A stretch of DNA of 64,000 nucleotides. It comes from an uncultured Actinomycetes bacterium (GTDB lineage Bacteria; Actinomycetota; Thermoleophilia; RBG-16-64-13). The DNA lies in contig CAVPLM010000003.1 of NCBI GenBank assembly GCA_963706025.1, positions 352,001 to 416,000 of the forward strand. The letters run 5' to 3'. Of the stretch, positions 18,987-29,897 are shown one piece after another (position 1 is the stretch's first letter; each line of letters opens with the position of its first letter). Both the position numbers and the translations under genes were made by a program. Below the pieces are notes generated by a model. It was not told the origin of the DNA. It saw only the letters and a list, made by a program, of their open reading frames with translations, and did no database searches.

Positions 18987-20150
18987 GTGCGAATCACCAT
19001 TCCACGGTGGGTCCAGTTCGTGCTGATCCCCGTCGCGATCCTCGTTGCGCTCTACTTCCTCCGCCTGGCCAGCCACGCTGTGTTCGTGTTCCTGATCGCG
19101 ACGATCGTGACCTTGCTCCTCAATCCCTTGGTGCTCGGCATGCGTCGCCTCAAGTGCCCTCGTTGGCTGGCGGTCGTTGTGGTCTACGCGGCTTTCGTGG
19201 CCATCATCGTGCTACTTGTCATATTCCTCGGCCCCCCGCTCGTCCGGCAGTTCCAGCGCCTTTTTGAGGCCATCCCTCGATGGCTGGACGATCTTAACGG
19301 GTTGTTGGCCGATCTCCAAGCCTGGCTGGCGAAGAACGATGTAGAGGTCGACCTGCAGCTGAACACGGGCAGTATCGTCGACTGGCTGCAGACTAACGGA
19401 CCGGCGTCGGTCGGGACCCTTTTCTCCGTCGGTATGAGCGTCGTCGGGATCGTGGTCAATCTCATCCTGACGGTGATCGTCAGTTTCTACATGCTTATCG
19501 ACGGCAACCGTCTCTTCCGCTTCATAAGCAAACTCGCGCCCGGCGAATCGCACGTGAAGGACGAGTACACACGAGGCCTTCAGACAGCCTTCAGCCGGTT
19601 TGTCCGTGGACAAGCACTGCTGGGAGCTACGGTCGGGTTGGCCTCGGGTCTGGCCATATGGATCCTGAGCTGGGACGCAGTCGGTGTGTGGCCAGAAGGC
19701 GGTCAGTATGCGCTGCTTTTCGGCGTGTGGGCCGGGTTGACCGAGGTCATTCCTTATATCGGGCCCTTCCTGGGCGCCATTCCTCCGGTCATCGCCGCCT
19801 TCTTCCACTCCCCTATCGCGGCCCTCTGGGTCATCGTCATCTACCTGGTGATCCAGCAACTGGAGGGTCACATCCTGGCTCCCAACATCGTAGGCAGCTC
19901 GGTCGGGGTTCATCCGCTGGTGGTCATCTTCGCCTTGCTGGCGGGAGCGGAGATCGGGGGGATCCTGGGCATGCTCGCGTCGCTTCCGCTGTTGGCTCTG
20001 CTCAGGCATACGCTGACCTTCTACGATTTTCGCCTATCGCGGGCGCCTTGGGCGGGGGACGACGGGATCGCCCTTATCCCCGCTAGGTCCGGGGCGCCTC
20101 CACCCCGGCGGGTGAACCTCGAAGAGCCGGTGAAGCCACCCGAGGACTGA
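18987..20150 (+). CDS. AI-2E family transporter
   Basis: Multiple TM segments; VSFYMLIDG, FVRGQ, IPYIGPFLG, IQQLEGHILAPNIVG..VGVHPL. Confidence 0.9.
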   Translation: MRITIPRWVQFVLIPVAILVALYFLRLASHAVFVFLIATIVTLLLNPLVLGMRRLKCPRWLAVVVVYAAFVAIIVLLVIFLGPPLVRQFQRLFEAIPRWLDDLNGLLADLQAWLAKNDVEVDLQLNTGSIVDWLQTNGPASVGTLFSVGMSVVGIVVNLILTVIVSFYMLIDGNRLFRFISKLAPGESHVKDEYTRGLQTAFSRFVRGQALLGATVGLASGLAIWILSWDAVGVWPEGGQYALLFGVWAGLTEVIPYIGPFLGAIPPVIAAFFHSPIAALWVIVIYLVIQQLEGHILAPNIVGSSVGVHPLVVIFALLAGAEIGGILGMLASLPLLALLRHTLTFYDFRLSRAPWAGDDGIALIPARSGAPPPRRVNLEEPVKPPED

Positions 20151-20294
20151 GCCGGCCTGGTGCCGGATGGCCGCACCTGGATTGGGCACAGTTGGGAAGG
20201 GGGCCCGAGCCGGGGCGTTTGTGGAGGGTGGTCGATACTGTTACAATCGCGAATTGCCGGGACAATCAGCCCGGAATCCGGACGGTAGCAGGCG

Positions 20295-20909
20295 ATGGAG
20301 AACATTCGCGACTTCTTCGGCATAAGGATGCGCAAGGGCTTCACGCCGATGCTTTCGGCCCTGCAAAAGCTCCACGTCACTCCCAACCAGGTCACTATCG
20401 TCGGGACACTTCTCAATGTAGCGGCGGCCGTGCTCATAGCGATGGATCACCTGATCTACGCGGGCATCGTGTTTCTGCTTGCAGGCTGCTGCGACATGCT
20501 CGATGGGGCCCTGGCCCGCCGGGCCGAGCAGTCGACGAAGTGGGGGGCCTTCCTGGACTCGACACTTGATCGGGTGTCCGAAGGGGTCGTCCTGGCCGCC
20601 ATCGCCTACCTGCTGGCCTCTCAAGGGCACGCCCTTGACGCGGCCTTGGTCGTGCTGGCGCTTCTGGGGAGCATCTTGGTCAGCTACACCCGGGCCCGGG
20701 CCGAAAGCCTGGGAGTGGAGTGCAAGGTGGGGATCATGAGCAGGCCGGAGAGGATCATCCTTGTCGCCCTGGGGCTCTTCTTCAACGTGTTGTCGTACGC
20801 GATCTACATAATGCTGGCTCTGACCGCGTTCACCGTGATCCAGCGCGTCGTCTACACCTACCGACAACTGGGTAGGCAAACGGAACAGGGAGGGATTGTT
20901 GAGCGATAA
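20295..20909 (+). CDS. pgsA: CDP-alcohol phosphatidyltransferase, phosphatidylinositol-phosphate synthase (PgsA1/PIPS) type
   Basis: [16 protein letters not shown]...[22 protein letters not shown]...RPER. Overlaps the ino1 start. Confidence 0.85.
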   Translation: MENIRDFFGIRMRKGFTPMLSALQKLHVTPNQVTIVGTLLNVAAAVLIAMDHLIYAGIVFLLAGCCDMLDGALARRAEQSTKWGAFLDSTLDRVSEGVVLAAIAYLLASQGHALDAALVVLALLGSILVSYTRARAESLGVECKVGIMSRPERIILVALGLFFNVLSYAIYIMLALTAFTVIQRVVYTYRQLGRQTEQGGIVER

Positions 20910-21984
20910 AGTGCGGGTCGCCATCATCGGGGTGGGCAACTGTGCATCGTCCTTCATTCAGGGAGTGCACTTCTATCGCAACGCCAAGGCCGACGAGTTC
21001 GTCCCCGGGCTCATGCACGTGAATCTTGGCGGGTATCACATCTCGGACATCGAGTTCACGTGCGCCTTCGACATCGACAAGACCAAAGTGGGCAAGGATC
21101 TCTCCCAGGCTATCTGGGGGGGTAGGAACTGCACAGTCAAGTTCTGTGACGTTCCCGATCTAGGGGTCAATGTATACCGGGGCATGACCCACGATGGGCT
21201 GGGCAAATACCTGTCGGAGGTCATCGAGAAGGCCCCCGGTCCCACCGACGACGTCATCGGCATCCTCAAGGACACCAAGACCGACGTGGTGGTGAGCTAT
21301 CTGCCCGTGGGCAGCGAGATGGCCACCAAGTGGTATGTGGAGCAGATCCTGGAGGCGGGCTGTGCCTTCGTGAACTGCATCCCGGTCTTCATCGCCCGGG
21401 AGAAATACTGGCAGGAGCGGTTCGAGGAGCGAGGTCTACCCGTCATCGGCGACGACATCAAATCCCAGGTGGGCGCCACCATCGTCCACCGGGTCCTCAC
21501 CCGGCTCATGCGCGAGCGGGGCGTGCGCCTGGAGCGCACCTCCCAACTGAACGTGGGCGGCAACACCGACTTTCTCAACATGCTCGAGCGTTCGCGTCTG
21601 GAAAGCAAGAAGATCTCCAAGACCAACTCTGTCACCTCGCAGCTCGACTACGACATGGGTAGCAGGAACATACACATCGGCCCGTCGGACTACGTGGAAT
21701 GGCTCGATGACCGTAAGTGGGCCTACATCCGCATGGAAGGCCGTACGTTCGGCGACGTGCCGCTCAATATCGAGTTGAAGCTGGAAGTGGTCGATTCGCC
21801 CAACTCCGCCGGTATCGTCATCGACGCCGTGCGCTGCGCGAAGCTGGCCCTCGATCGGGGCGTCTCAGGTGCTCTGTTCGAGCCGGCTTCGTATTTCATG
21901 AAATCGCCGCCCATCCAGTACAGTGACGAGGAAGCCAGGCGCAAGACCGAGGCGTTCATCGCCGGCGAAGCGGCCTGCGAGTGA
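20896..21984 (+). CDS. ino1: myo-inositol-1-phosphate synthase
   Basis: [66 protein letters not shown]. Confidence 0.97.
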   Translation: MLSDKVRVAIIGVGNCASSFIQGVHFYRNAKADEFVPGLMHVNLGGYHISDIEFTCAFDIDKTKVGKDLSQAIWGGRNCTVKFCDVPDLGVNVYRGMTHDGLGKYLSEVIEKAPGPTDDVIGILKDTKTDVVVSYLPVGSEMATKWYVEQILEAGCAFVNCIPVFIAREKYWQERFEERGLPVIGDDIKSQVGATIVHRVLTRLMRERGVRLERTSQLNVGGNTDFLNMLERSRLESKKISKTNSVTSQLDYDMGSRNIHIGPSDYVEWLDDRKWAYIRMEGRTFGDVPLNIELKLEVVDSPNSAGIVIDAVRCAKLALDRGVSGALFEPASYFMKSPPIQYSDEEARRKTEAFIAGEAACE

Positions 21985-22002
21985 TGTAGACCGGACTGCG
22001 GA

Positions 22003-22040
22003 TGGGGGGCCCGGGCGGTATTTCCCGCCCGGGCCCCCCA
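22003..22040 (+). terminator. Perfect 16-bp intercistronic hairpin after ino1 (attenuator or mRNA stabiliser)
   Basis: TGGGGGGCCCGGGCGG-TATTTC-CCGCCCGGGCCCCCCA. Confidence 0.6.
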
Positions 22041-22058
22041 CCATCTCGAGGGCCGCGC

Positions 22059-24065
22059 GTGAAGCCAGACCTCCACATAGCACTGGTGACCCCCTTCTCC
22101 TGGAGTACGTCCAGCGCCGTCAACCAGCATGTCGGCGACTTGGCGCGGGAGCTCAAAGCGCGAGGACACCTACCCGTGGTGGTGACCTCGTCCGACGAGC
22201 CCCAGGAAGTGAAGCGGATGCGGCTGCTTTTCCAGCGCACGCGGGGGCAGGTGGTCACCCTACTGAGCGACTACCATCGAGGGGCGCCCGCCGACCCCTT
22301 GTTGCTTCCGCCTTCGGGTCTCGGTCCTCTGGGACCGGACGCGGGCATCCCGGTGGTGCCTCTGGGCTCGAGCTTTCCCGTGCGGCTCAACGGGGGGGTG
22401 GCCAATCTCGGTCTGCCCGTGGATGTGACGTCGCGGCTGGAGAAGCTCATGTTGGGCGCGGACTTCGATCTGGTGCACGTGCACGAGCCCCTCGCTCCCT
22501 CGCTCAGTTTCAGTGCCCTGCGAGAGACGCGGAGCCCGGTCGTGGGAACCTTTCATCTCACTCCAGTCGGCGTGGCCGCCTACGAGTTGGGGCAGTCCGT
22601 ACTGGAGCGCTTCTTCCTCAGGCTTGATGCTCGTATCGTCACCTTTGCGCACGGCAAGCAGATGATGGAGGAGATCTACTCCGGCGACTTCGAAACCCTG
22701 AGTTGCGGTACCGGAATGGTCCGCTGCTCCGAGGTGCGGCGGGCCCCGGGACCGTCTTCCGACCGTTTTGGTCTGTATGTCTACAGGGGAGACGGGCGCC
22801 GCTCGTACCGGGCGCTGCTCCGCACCCTCCTCGCCGGGTTCCCTCCGGGACTCGATCGCCTGGTGGTGGCTTTGCACCAGCCGTCGGTGGACCGCTGGCT
22901 CCCGCGGGCGGTTCCTCGCAAGCTCGGATCACGGCTGGCTCTATTCGGCTTCCACGACCCCGATGAATTGGCCGCTTTGTACCAGGCTGCCTCCGTTACC
23001 ATCCTGCCTTATCTTGGGGGAGAATGGCTTTGTGCGACCGCCGCGGAGGCGGCCGTCTGCGGGTGCCCGGTGGTGGGGCCTGACCTCCCACCCGTCCGTG
23101 AGCACGTGTCTGCGGACCCGGGCCGGGGAGCGGTCTTCTCCCCCAACCAGTCAGGCTCTCTGAACGCGGCCATCGGGGAGGCTGTGCTCGGATCTCGCCT
23201 GCCCTCCGACGCCCATACGATGGGTGCGGTCGCCGGTCGGCTGGAAGAGATCTATCAGGCCACCCTCGCCGCCACCAGCGGGCGGGCAGGCCTCTCGGGC
23301 AAGACTCCCGTGGCAAGCTACTCCCTGCACGTGCGCGGCATCGGCGAGGAGTCCGCCCGAAGGCGCATGCGGCACGCTGCTCTGGGCCCGTCCCGGCCCG
23401 ATTGGATAAACGCCGATCTCCACGTTCACACCAACTACTCCAAAGACTGCGTGATGCCCATAGAGTCCATTCTGGAGACCGCCCGGGAGATCGGCCTTGG
23501 CGCTTTGGCCATAGCCGACCACAACGAGATAGAGGGAGCGTTTCTGGCCCGGGAGCTTGCCCAAGGCGACCCCTTCATCATCGTTGCCGAGGAGGTCAAG
23601 ACAACCGAGGGAGAGGTGATCGGGCTCTTCCTCACGGAGGCGGTTCCCCGAGGGCTGAGCTTCGACGACACCTTGTCTTTGATCAAGGAACAGGGGGGCC
23701 TCGTGTATGTGCCCCACCCCTTCGACGCTCTCCGCACCACCCCCTCCTACCGCTCGATGGTGGACAATCTCCATCGTATCGATGTCATCGAGACCTACAA
23801 CGCAAGGGTGGCCCTCTCCTCGTTCAACCTCAGCGCCGAACGCTTCGCCGCCAAATACAACGTCGTCGCCGGAGCAGGAAGCGACGCACACGTGCTTCAG
23901 GGACTGGGCACGGCGATGCTACGCATGCCCCGGTTCACCGACTCCCAGAGTTTCATGGCGGCGTTGTGGGAGGCGGACATCATCGCCAAACGCAAGAACC
24001 TGCTCTATCTGACCTCGCTGAAGCTTCTGCAGACCACCATGGACCGGGTGTTTCCGGAAGACTAG
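22059..24065 (+). CDS. PimA-like GT4 glycosyltransferase fused to C-terminal PHP phosphoesterase
   Basis: N-terminal IALVTPFSW..VNQHVGDLARELKARGH, FDLVHVHEPLAPSLS, PVVGTFH, PYLGGEWLCATAAEA (E-x7-E). C-terminal ADLHVHTNYSKD, IADHNE, AEEVKT, PHPF, IETYNAR, GSDAH. Confidence 0.85.
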   Translation: MKPDLHIALVTPFSWSTSSAVNQHVGDLARELKARGHLPVVVTSSDEPQEVKRMRLLFQRTRGQVVTLLSDYHRGAPADPLLLPPSGLGPLGPDAGIPVVPLGSSFPVRLNGGVANLGLPVDVTSRLEKLMLGADFDLVHVHEPLAPSLSFSALRETRSPVVGTFHLTPVGVAAYELGQSVLERFFLRLDARIVTFAHGKQMMEEIYSGDFETLSCGTGMVRCSEVRRAPGPSSDRFGLYVYRGDGRRSYRALLRTLLAGFPPGLDRLVVALHQPSVDRWLPRAVPRKLGSRLALFGFHDPDELAALYQAASVTILPYLGGEWLCATAAEAAVCGCPVVGPDLPPVREHVSADPGRGAVFSPNQSGSLNAAIGEAVLGSRLPSDAHTMGAVAGRLEEIYQATLAATSGRAGLSGKTPVASYSLHVRGIGEESARRRMRHAALGPSRPDWINADLHVHTNYSKDCVMPIESILETAREIGLGALAIADHNEIEGAFLARELAQGDPFIIVAEEVKTTEGEVIGLFLTEAVPRGLSFDDTLSLIKEQGGLVYVPHPFDALRTTPSYRSMVDNLHRIDVIETYNARVALSSFNLSAERFAAKYNVVAGAGSDAHVLQGLGTAMLRMPRFTDSQSFMAALWEADIIAKRKNLLYLTSLKLLQTTMDRVFPED

Positions 24066-24215
24066 CTCTTTTCGCTCTCGGGCCGGAGGATTTCACCGGC
24101 CACCCGCCAATATAGTGTCTACCCTCACCGACCGGGCGGCGCCTTCGTCCGCTCTCATCGTGGTCGGTCGGGGCAGCGGCGCACCACAAGACTTGAGAGC
24201 GATCTAGGCGACAAC

Positions 24216-24837
24216 GTGAAAGAATCTCCGCCTCTCGCGGAAGCGAACGAGATCTACCGAAAGCTCGAAGAGCGGGCCATCACCGAGAGCAACGATCTCA
24301 ACCGGCGCGTGGTTCACTGCCGACTATGCCGGCGGAGTGACTTCCTGCCCACGGTGGGGTCCGGGCATCCGCTTGGCCGACATACTCCTGATCAAATACC
24401 GGCCCCGCCATCTCGAAGTGACCGAAGGAGTAGCCTTCTTCGGTCGTTCGGGCGCCGCGGTCCTCAAGAGCATGGAGCGCCTGGGCGTGAACCCCCTGAT
24501 CGTGTACGGCACCAACCTCCTCAAGTGCCACGACGTGAACTCCGCCGAAGGGGAGCAAAACTGTCCCGTCTATTGGTTGGAGGAGTTCCACATCACCCAA
24601 CCTCGGATCGTGGTGCTCATGGGCCGGCAGACTCTCGAGGTGGTGAACCGCGACCGGGTCGCGGGCATGAAGGAACTGGCCTGGGACCTGGGGGCCTTGC
24701 AGGACTTCACAGCGTTCTGCAAAGCGCTGGTCACACCCGACATCGACGACGCCCTGGACGAGGAAAAGGCGAAGGCCGAATTCTGGAAGGCGTTTCGGAA
24801 CCTGGGCGAGTGGTTCCGTGACGAGCCTCCCTACTAG
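24216..24837 (+). CDS. Uracil-DNA glycosylase family 4-like protein (one frameshift ~24375, divergent active site)
   Basis: CRLC..PTVGSGHPL / ADILLIKYRP..EVTEGVAFFGRSG, YGTNLLKC, NCPVYWLEEFHITQPRIVVLMG, KAEFWKAFR. Confidence 0.7.
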
Positions 24838-24945
24838 AATTCGTCACCGGAACGTCTCACCAGGCGCCTCACGCATAGGCTCGCCGGTCACCGGGTAGAC
24901 TAGTTCTGAAGGCTCCACCCGTGAGTCGATCCTTGGAGGGCATAC

Positions 24946-25461
24946 ATGGCTGAGAACAGGCACCTTGTCGTGACGGTCTTCGAAACCGAAGCCGCGGCCT
25001 TGGCAGCTGCTGAGTATTTGAAGAAGTGGGAGAGCATGAACAAGGACGTCGATGACCTCAAGTTCGATGCGATAGGCGTCCTCACGGCCGGCGAAGACAG
25101 GGAGATCAAGATCCACCGCGTAGGCAAGCGTGACGCCAAAGCCGGGGCAGGATTGGGCCTTGTCATCGGAGGGTTGGTCGGCGCCCTGACCCTCGGCATC
25201 GGGCTGCTCGGCGGAATGGCCGCCGGCGCCCTGGTGGGCGGAGTCGGGGGCGGCCTGATCCACAAGGGTCTTGGCATGTACGAGGGGGATCTGGCCGAGT
25301 TGACCGATCAACTCTGCTCGGGCAGGGCTGCCGTTGCCATAGTTGTCCAAGAAGCGGACGTGACGGCCGTGACGGAACAGCTGGTCAGCCTGGGGGGCGA
25401 GACAAAAGTCTACGAGTGCTCCTTGGAGGAACTCGAAGAGGCTGAAAAGAGCCAGTCCTAG
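24946..25461 (+). CDS. DUF1269-like glycine-zipper membrane protein
   Basis: RBS GGAGG; LVVTVFETEAAA, GAGLGLVIGGLVGAL..GMAAGALVGGVGG. Confidence 0.7.
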   Translation: MAENRHLVVTVFETEAAALAAAEYLKKWESMNKDVDDLKFDAIGVLTAGEDREIKIHRVGKRDAKAGAGLGLVIGGLVGALTLGIGLLGGMAAGALVGGVGGGLIHKGLGMYEGDLAELTDQLCSGRAAVAIVVQEADVTAVTEQLVSLGGETKVYECSLEELEEAEKSQS

Positions 25462-26975
25462 CCGTAGTCCGCAGTGGCCTTGGATACAGCGGTCGCAGGA
25501 CTCTGGCGCACCAGCAGGCCCACGGCCTCCACGTGCGGCGTGTGCGGGAACATGTCCACGGGAGTGACCCTTTCCAGCCGGTATCCGTATTCCTGAAACT
25601 GGGCGATGTTGGGCGCCATCGTGCTGGGATTGCACGAGACGTAGACGATCCGGGGCGCCCCCACCTCGCCGAGGCGGTAGACGACTCGATTGCTCAGTCC
25701 GGCGCGAGGCGGGTCAACCACTACGACATCCGGTCTCTCCAATCCTGGGGGCAGTCTGCGACTGCCCTGAGCCACCTCCCGGAGCACTCGGCGCACGTCG
25801 CCCTCCACGAACGCTACGTTCTCGATACCGTTGAGGCGGGCATTCTCACGGGCGTCTCCGACCGCGGTAGGCACAGCCTCGATGCCCAGAACGGCTCTGG
25901 CTCTTCCCGCCAACGAAAGCCCGATCGACCCCACGCCGCAGTAGAGGTCCCAGATAACCGGGGCGTCGAGCGCGGAGACGCCGGCTGAGGGGGCACCTAC
26001 CGCAGGGGCAACGGCCACCACGGTGCCCGCGGCGGAGGCGCCCGTCGCGCCGCCGCCGACCGGCGCGTGGACTTCCCGCGCGACCAGACCGTACAAGGCG
26101 TGAGCCATCAGCGTGTTGGTCTGGAAGAAGGCATCGACAGACACCTTGAGAGTGATGCCCACCACCCGCTCCACAAGAAACGGTCTTCCCCACAGGGTCT
26201 CGAATCCCAGGCCCGTGCTGATCTCCGCTCGACCCTGGTTGACCGCGTGGACGATCCCCACCACCTGGGGGTGGGCGGCACGCAAGCGCTCCACCAATCC
26301 GTGGGCGTCGGGTAGGAAAGGCGATCCGGTCACCAGGCTGACCAGGACTTCTTTTTCCATCTGCGCGGAGCGCACCAGCAGATGCCTGGCCAAGCCCGAG
26401 CCGGTCCGTGGATCCCATCCTGGGACGCCATTCTCCCGCAGCCAGAACTCCACGGTTGCCCGCACGGATTCCACGACGTGGCCAAGGAGGTGGCACTCCG
26501 ATAGGGGCAGGACCGAGTCCCAGCGACCCGGCGGGCGAAACCCTACGATGGCACCGGACTCGCTCATCCCGACGGCGAAGTCCGCCCGGTTCCGATACCG
26601 CCAAGGCTCGGCCATGCTGAGGGCGGGAAGGACCTGGAAATCTTCCAGACCGCCCAGATGCTCCAGCGATTCCCGCACCTGTCGGGCCTTGTACTCGAGT
26701 TGGACCCCGTAGTCCAGATTCTGCCAGGCGCAGCCGCCGCACGCTCCAAAGGAGGGACAGCGCGCCTCGACTCGGTCTGGAGAGGGCTCTATCAGTTCCA
26801 GCACGCGGGCCTCGGCGTAGCGCCTCTTGGTCTTGGTGACTAAGGCTCGGGCGACGTCGCCCGGCACAGCGCCGGTCACGAAGACGACGAAGTCCTCGAC
26901 CCTGGCCACCCCCCTGCCGCCGAAGGCCAGAGCGTCGACGGACAGGTCGAGTGTGTCTCCCTTACGCGGTTTCAC
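25458..26975 (-). CDS. rlmD: 23S rRNA m5U1939 methyltransferase (TRAM domain)
   Basis: LAFGGRGVA, CPSFGACGGCAWQ, YRNR, AFFQTN, DLYCGVG, VVDPPRAGL, YVSCNP, DMFPHTPHVE. Confidence 0.95.
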   Translation of the reverse strand: MKPRKGDTLDLSVDALAFGGRGVARVEDFVVFVTGAVPGDVARALVTKTKRRYAEARVLELIEPSPDRVEARCPSFGACGGCAWQNLDYGVQLEYKARQVRESLEHLGGLEDFQVLPALSMAEPWRYRNRADFAVGMSESGAIVGFRPPGRWDSVLPLSECHLLGHVVESVRATVEFWLRENGVPGWDPRTGSGLARHLLVRSAQMEKEVLVSLVTGSPFLPDAHGLVERLRAAHPQVVGIVHAVNQGRAEISTGLGFETLWGRPFLVERVVGITLKVSVDAFFQTNTLMAHALYGLVAREVHAPVGGGATGASAAGTVVAVAPAVGAPSAGVSALDAPVIWDLYCGVGSIGLSLAGRARAVLGIEAVPTAVGDARENARLNGIENVAFVEGDVRRVLREVAQGSRRLPPGLERPDVVVVDPPRAGLSNRVVYRLGEVGAPRIVYVSCNPSTMAPNIAQFQEYGYRLERVTPVDMFPHTPHVEAVGLLVRQSPATAVSKATADYG

Positions 26976-27092
26976 AATGGCTCAATGCTATCAGCACCTG
27001 CGTTCGGGCAGCGCGCGCCGGCGGACTGCCGCCGCAGACGGCCTGTCCGAGTGGGGGTCGCGGCCGGGGCCGGCTTCCCCTGGACGCAGAGG

Positions 27093-29705
27093 CTATGCGG
27101 GCGCCGGCGCTGTCTCAGCGCCGGCGCCTGTCACCTTCTCGAACACCAGTTCCAGATTGCGCTCGTCCACCCGGACCGTGTCGCCGTCGCGGAAGTCGCC
27201 CTTGAGGAGAGCCAACGCTACCTGATCCTGGATCTCCTTCTGAATGAGCCGCTTGAGCGGCCGCGCCCCATAAGCGGGGTCGTACCCTTGCTGCGCCAGA
27301 TAGGCCTTGGCGGCGTCGGTGATGTCCAAGCTTATGTCGCGCTCGGCCAGGCGCTTGCGCAGCAGGCCCAGCTGGATCTCGACTATCCCCTTGATGTCCT
27401 CCAACGACAGACGATGGAAGATGATGACCTCGTCCACCCGGTTGAGAAACTCCGGCTTGAAGGTGGCCTGCATGAGCTCGGTGACCCGCACGTCCATGTC
27501 TATCTCGGTGATGTCGGGGTCGAGGATGAACTGGCTGCCGATGTTGGAGGTCATGATTACCACCGTGTTCTTGAAGTCCACGGTGCGTCCGTGACCGTCG
27601 GTCAGCCGGCCTTCGTCGAGGATCTGGAGCAGCAGGTTGAAGACGTCGGGATGAGCCTTCTCGATCTCGTCGAGGAGGAGGACCGAGTAGGGGCGGCGCC
27701 GCACGGCCTCGGTGAGGTAGCCGCCTTCCTCGTAGCCTACGTAGCCGGGCGGCGCCCCGATCAGCCGGGCCACCGAGTGCCGCTCCTGGAACTCGCTCAT
27801 GTCCACGCGGACCATGGCCTTCTCGTCGTCGAACAGGAACTCGGCCAGGGCCCGGCCCAGTTCGGTCTTGCCCACGCCGGTAGGTCCCAGGAAGATGAAG
27901 CTGCCGATCGGCCGGTTCGGGTCCTGTAGGCCGGCGCGGGCCCGACGGATGGCGCTGGCCACCGCCTGCAGGGCGTCGTCCTGACCTATCACCCGCAGAT
28001 GCAGTCGCTCCTCCATTTGGATGAGCTTCTCTACCTCGCCCTCGAGCAGCCGCGACACGGGGATGCCGGTCCACTTGGCCACCACCTCGGCGATGTCCTC
28101 CTCTTCCACCTCTTCTTTGAGCATCTTGACGTCACGCTGCAGCTCGTTCAGCCGCGCATTTTCCGCCACCAATTGCCGCTCGGCTTCAGGGATGCTTCCG
28201 TAGCGTAGCTCCGCCGCCTTCTGTAGGTCGCCGACCCGTTCGGCCTTCTCGGTCTCGGTCTTGGCTTCCTCTATTTGCTCTTTGAGGACCTGGATCTTAC
28301 CGATGGCCTCCTTCTCGGCCTGCCAGTGGGCCTTCATGCCGGCCGACTGTTCGCGCTGCTCGGCCAGTTCGGCCTCGATGGCCTTGCGCCGCTCCTTGGA
28401 GGCGGGGTCCTTCTCTTTGCTGAGGGCGTGCAACTCGATATCGAGCTGCTTTATCCGTCTCTCCACCTGGTCGATCTCCATGGGCATGGAATCGATCTCG
28501 ATGCGCAGGCGGCTCGCGGCTTCGTCCACCAGGTCGATGGCCTTGTCGGGCAGGAACCGGTCGGAGATGTACCTATGGGAAAGCACGGCTGCCGACACCA
28601 GGGCGGAGTCCTGGATCCGGACACCGTGGTGGACTTCGTACCGTTCCTTGAGCCCCCGCAGGATGGCGATGGTGTCCTCCACCGTCGGTTCTCCGACCAA
28701 GACCGGCTGGAAACGCCGTTCGAGAGCGGCATCCTTCTCCACGTGTTTGCGGTATTCGTCCAGGGTGGTAGCGCCCACCACCCGGAGCTCGCCTCGAGCC
28801 AACATGGGTTTGAGCATGCTGGAGGCGTCCACCGCCCCTTCGGCTGCGCCGGCACCCACGATGGTGTGCATCTCGTCGATGAAGGTGATGATCTCGCCTT
28901 CGGAACCGGCGATCTCCTTGAGCACCGCCTTCATGCGCTCCTCGAACTCCCCCCGGTACTTGGCGCCGGCCACCATCGCCCCGATGTCGAGAGCGATCAC
29001 GCGCTTGTTCTTGAGCCCCTCGGGCACGTCGCCCGACACGATCCGCTGCGCCAGTCCCTCCACGATGGCCGTCTTGCCCACCCCGGGCTCTCCGATGAGG
29101 ACGGGGTTGTTCTTGGTCCGGCGGCTGAGGACTTGGATGACCCGCCGGATCTCGTCGTCCCTGCCGATCACCGGGTCGAGCTTGCCGCGGCGAGCCAGAT
29201 CGGTCAAGTCGCGGCCGAAACGCTGCAGCGCTTGGTACTTCTCCTCAGCATCGGGGTCCTCGGCCCGCTGGGAGCCGCGGATGCCCTTGAGGACCTGGAA
29301 GATGCCGTCCCGGGTGACGCCATAGCGTTTCAAGAGGTCACCGAGCCAGGCCTGGTTGGCCGCTAGACCCATGAGCACGTGCTCGGTCGAGACGTAGGCG
29401 TCGCCCATCTTGTTCGCTTCAGACTGGGCCGCCTCGAGGGCCGCCTGCGTCTCCCGGGCAAGCCCGATCTGCGTGGCGCCGTGTGCCGTGGAGAAGTAGT
29501 CCAGCCGCTTTTCCAGCTCCGCCCGTACCGCCGCATGGCTGACGCCGACGCGCTCCAGAATAGGCACGGTCAATCCGCCCTCCTGATCGAAAAGGGCGAC
29601 CGCCAGATGCTCCGGCTCGATCTGGGCGTGCCCGCGTTCTTGCGCCAGCTTATGGGTGGCCGCCAGAGCTTCCTGGGCTTTGAGTGTGAACCTGTCCAAC
29701 TGCAT
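27093..29705 (-). CDS. clpB: ATP-dependent chaperone ClpB
   Basis: 870 aa; [21 protein letters not shown], long middle coiled coil, [16 protein letters not shown]. Confidence 0.98.
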   Translation of the reverse strand: MQLDRFTLKAQEALAATHKLAQERGHAQIEPEHLAVALFDQEGGLTVPILERVGVSHAAVRAELEKRLDYFSTAHGATQIGLARETQAALEAAQSEANKMGDAYVSTEHVLMGLAANQAWLGDLLKRYGVTRDGIFQVLKGIRGSQRAEDPDAEEKYQALQRFGRDLTDLARRGKLDPVIGRDDEIRRVIQVLSRRTKNNPVLIGEPGVGKTAIVEGLAQRIVSGDVPEGLKNKRVIALDIGAMVAGAKYRGEFEERMKAVLKEIAGSEGEIITFIDEMHTIVGAGAAEGAVDASSMLKPMLARGELRVVGATTLDEYRKHVEKDAALERRFQPVLVGEPTVEDTIAILRGLKERYEVHHGVRIQDSALVSAAVLSHRYISDRFLPDKAIDLVDEAASRLRIEIDSMPMEIDQVERRIKQLDIELHALSKEKDPASKERRKAIEAELAEQREQSAGMKAHWQAEKEAIGKIQVLKEQIEEAKTETEKAERVGDLQKAAELRYGSIPEAERQLVAENARLNELQRDVKMLKEEVEEEDIAEVVAKWTGIPVSRLLEGEVEKLIQMEERLHLRVIGQDDALQAVASAIRRARAGLQDPNRPIGSFIFLGPTGVGKTELGRALAEFLFDDEKAMVRVDMSEFQERHSVARLIGAPPGYVGYEEGGYLTEAVRRRPYSVLLLDEIEKAHPDVFNLLLQILDEGRLTDGHGRTVDFKNTVVIMTSNIGSQFILDPDITEIDMDVRVTELMQATFKPEFLNRVDEVIIFHRLSLEDIKGIVEIQLGLLRKRLAERDISLDITDAAKAYLAQQGYDPAYGARPLKRLIQKEIQDQVALALLKGDFRDGDTVRVDERNLELVFEKVTGAGAETAPAPA

Positions 29706-29897
29706 GTGTATCAGCGCTCCTCGTTTCCCTGCTGACGGTCCGGTCGGTAAACAAGAAATACTATATTAAGAAGCACAAGAGAACGCTGTCGGAGACAGGC
29801 GAGTCCGGGAGGCTCCGGGCTCCGGGAGGAGTCGCAAGGAGTCATGGGACTTGTCCTGGAGGACGCGCAAAAAGGGCAGCCGGCCTGCCTGCGCGAG

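Noticed and set aside
20295-21984. Di-myo-inositol-phosphate (compatible solute) pathway
   Set aside because: No IPCT cytidylyltransferase domain or gene is present. The CDP-alcohol transferase has PIP-synthase-type motifs and is followed by a PimA-like gene.
29706-29897. HAIR or CIRCE operator upstream of clpB
   Set aside because: An AT-rich promoter region is present, but there is no convincing CTTGAGT-N7-ACTCAAG or CIRCE match.
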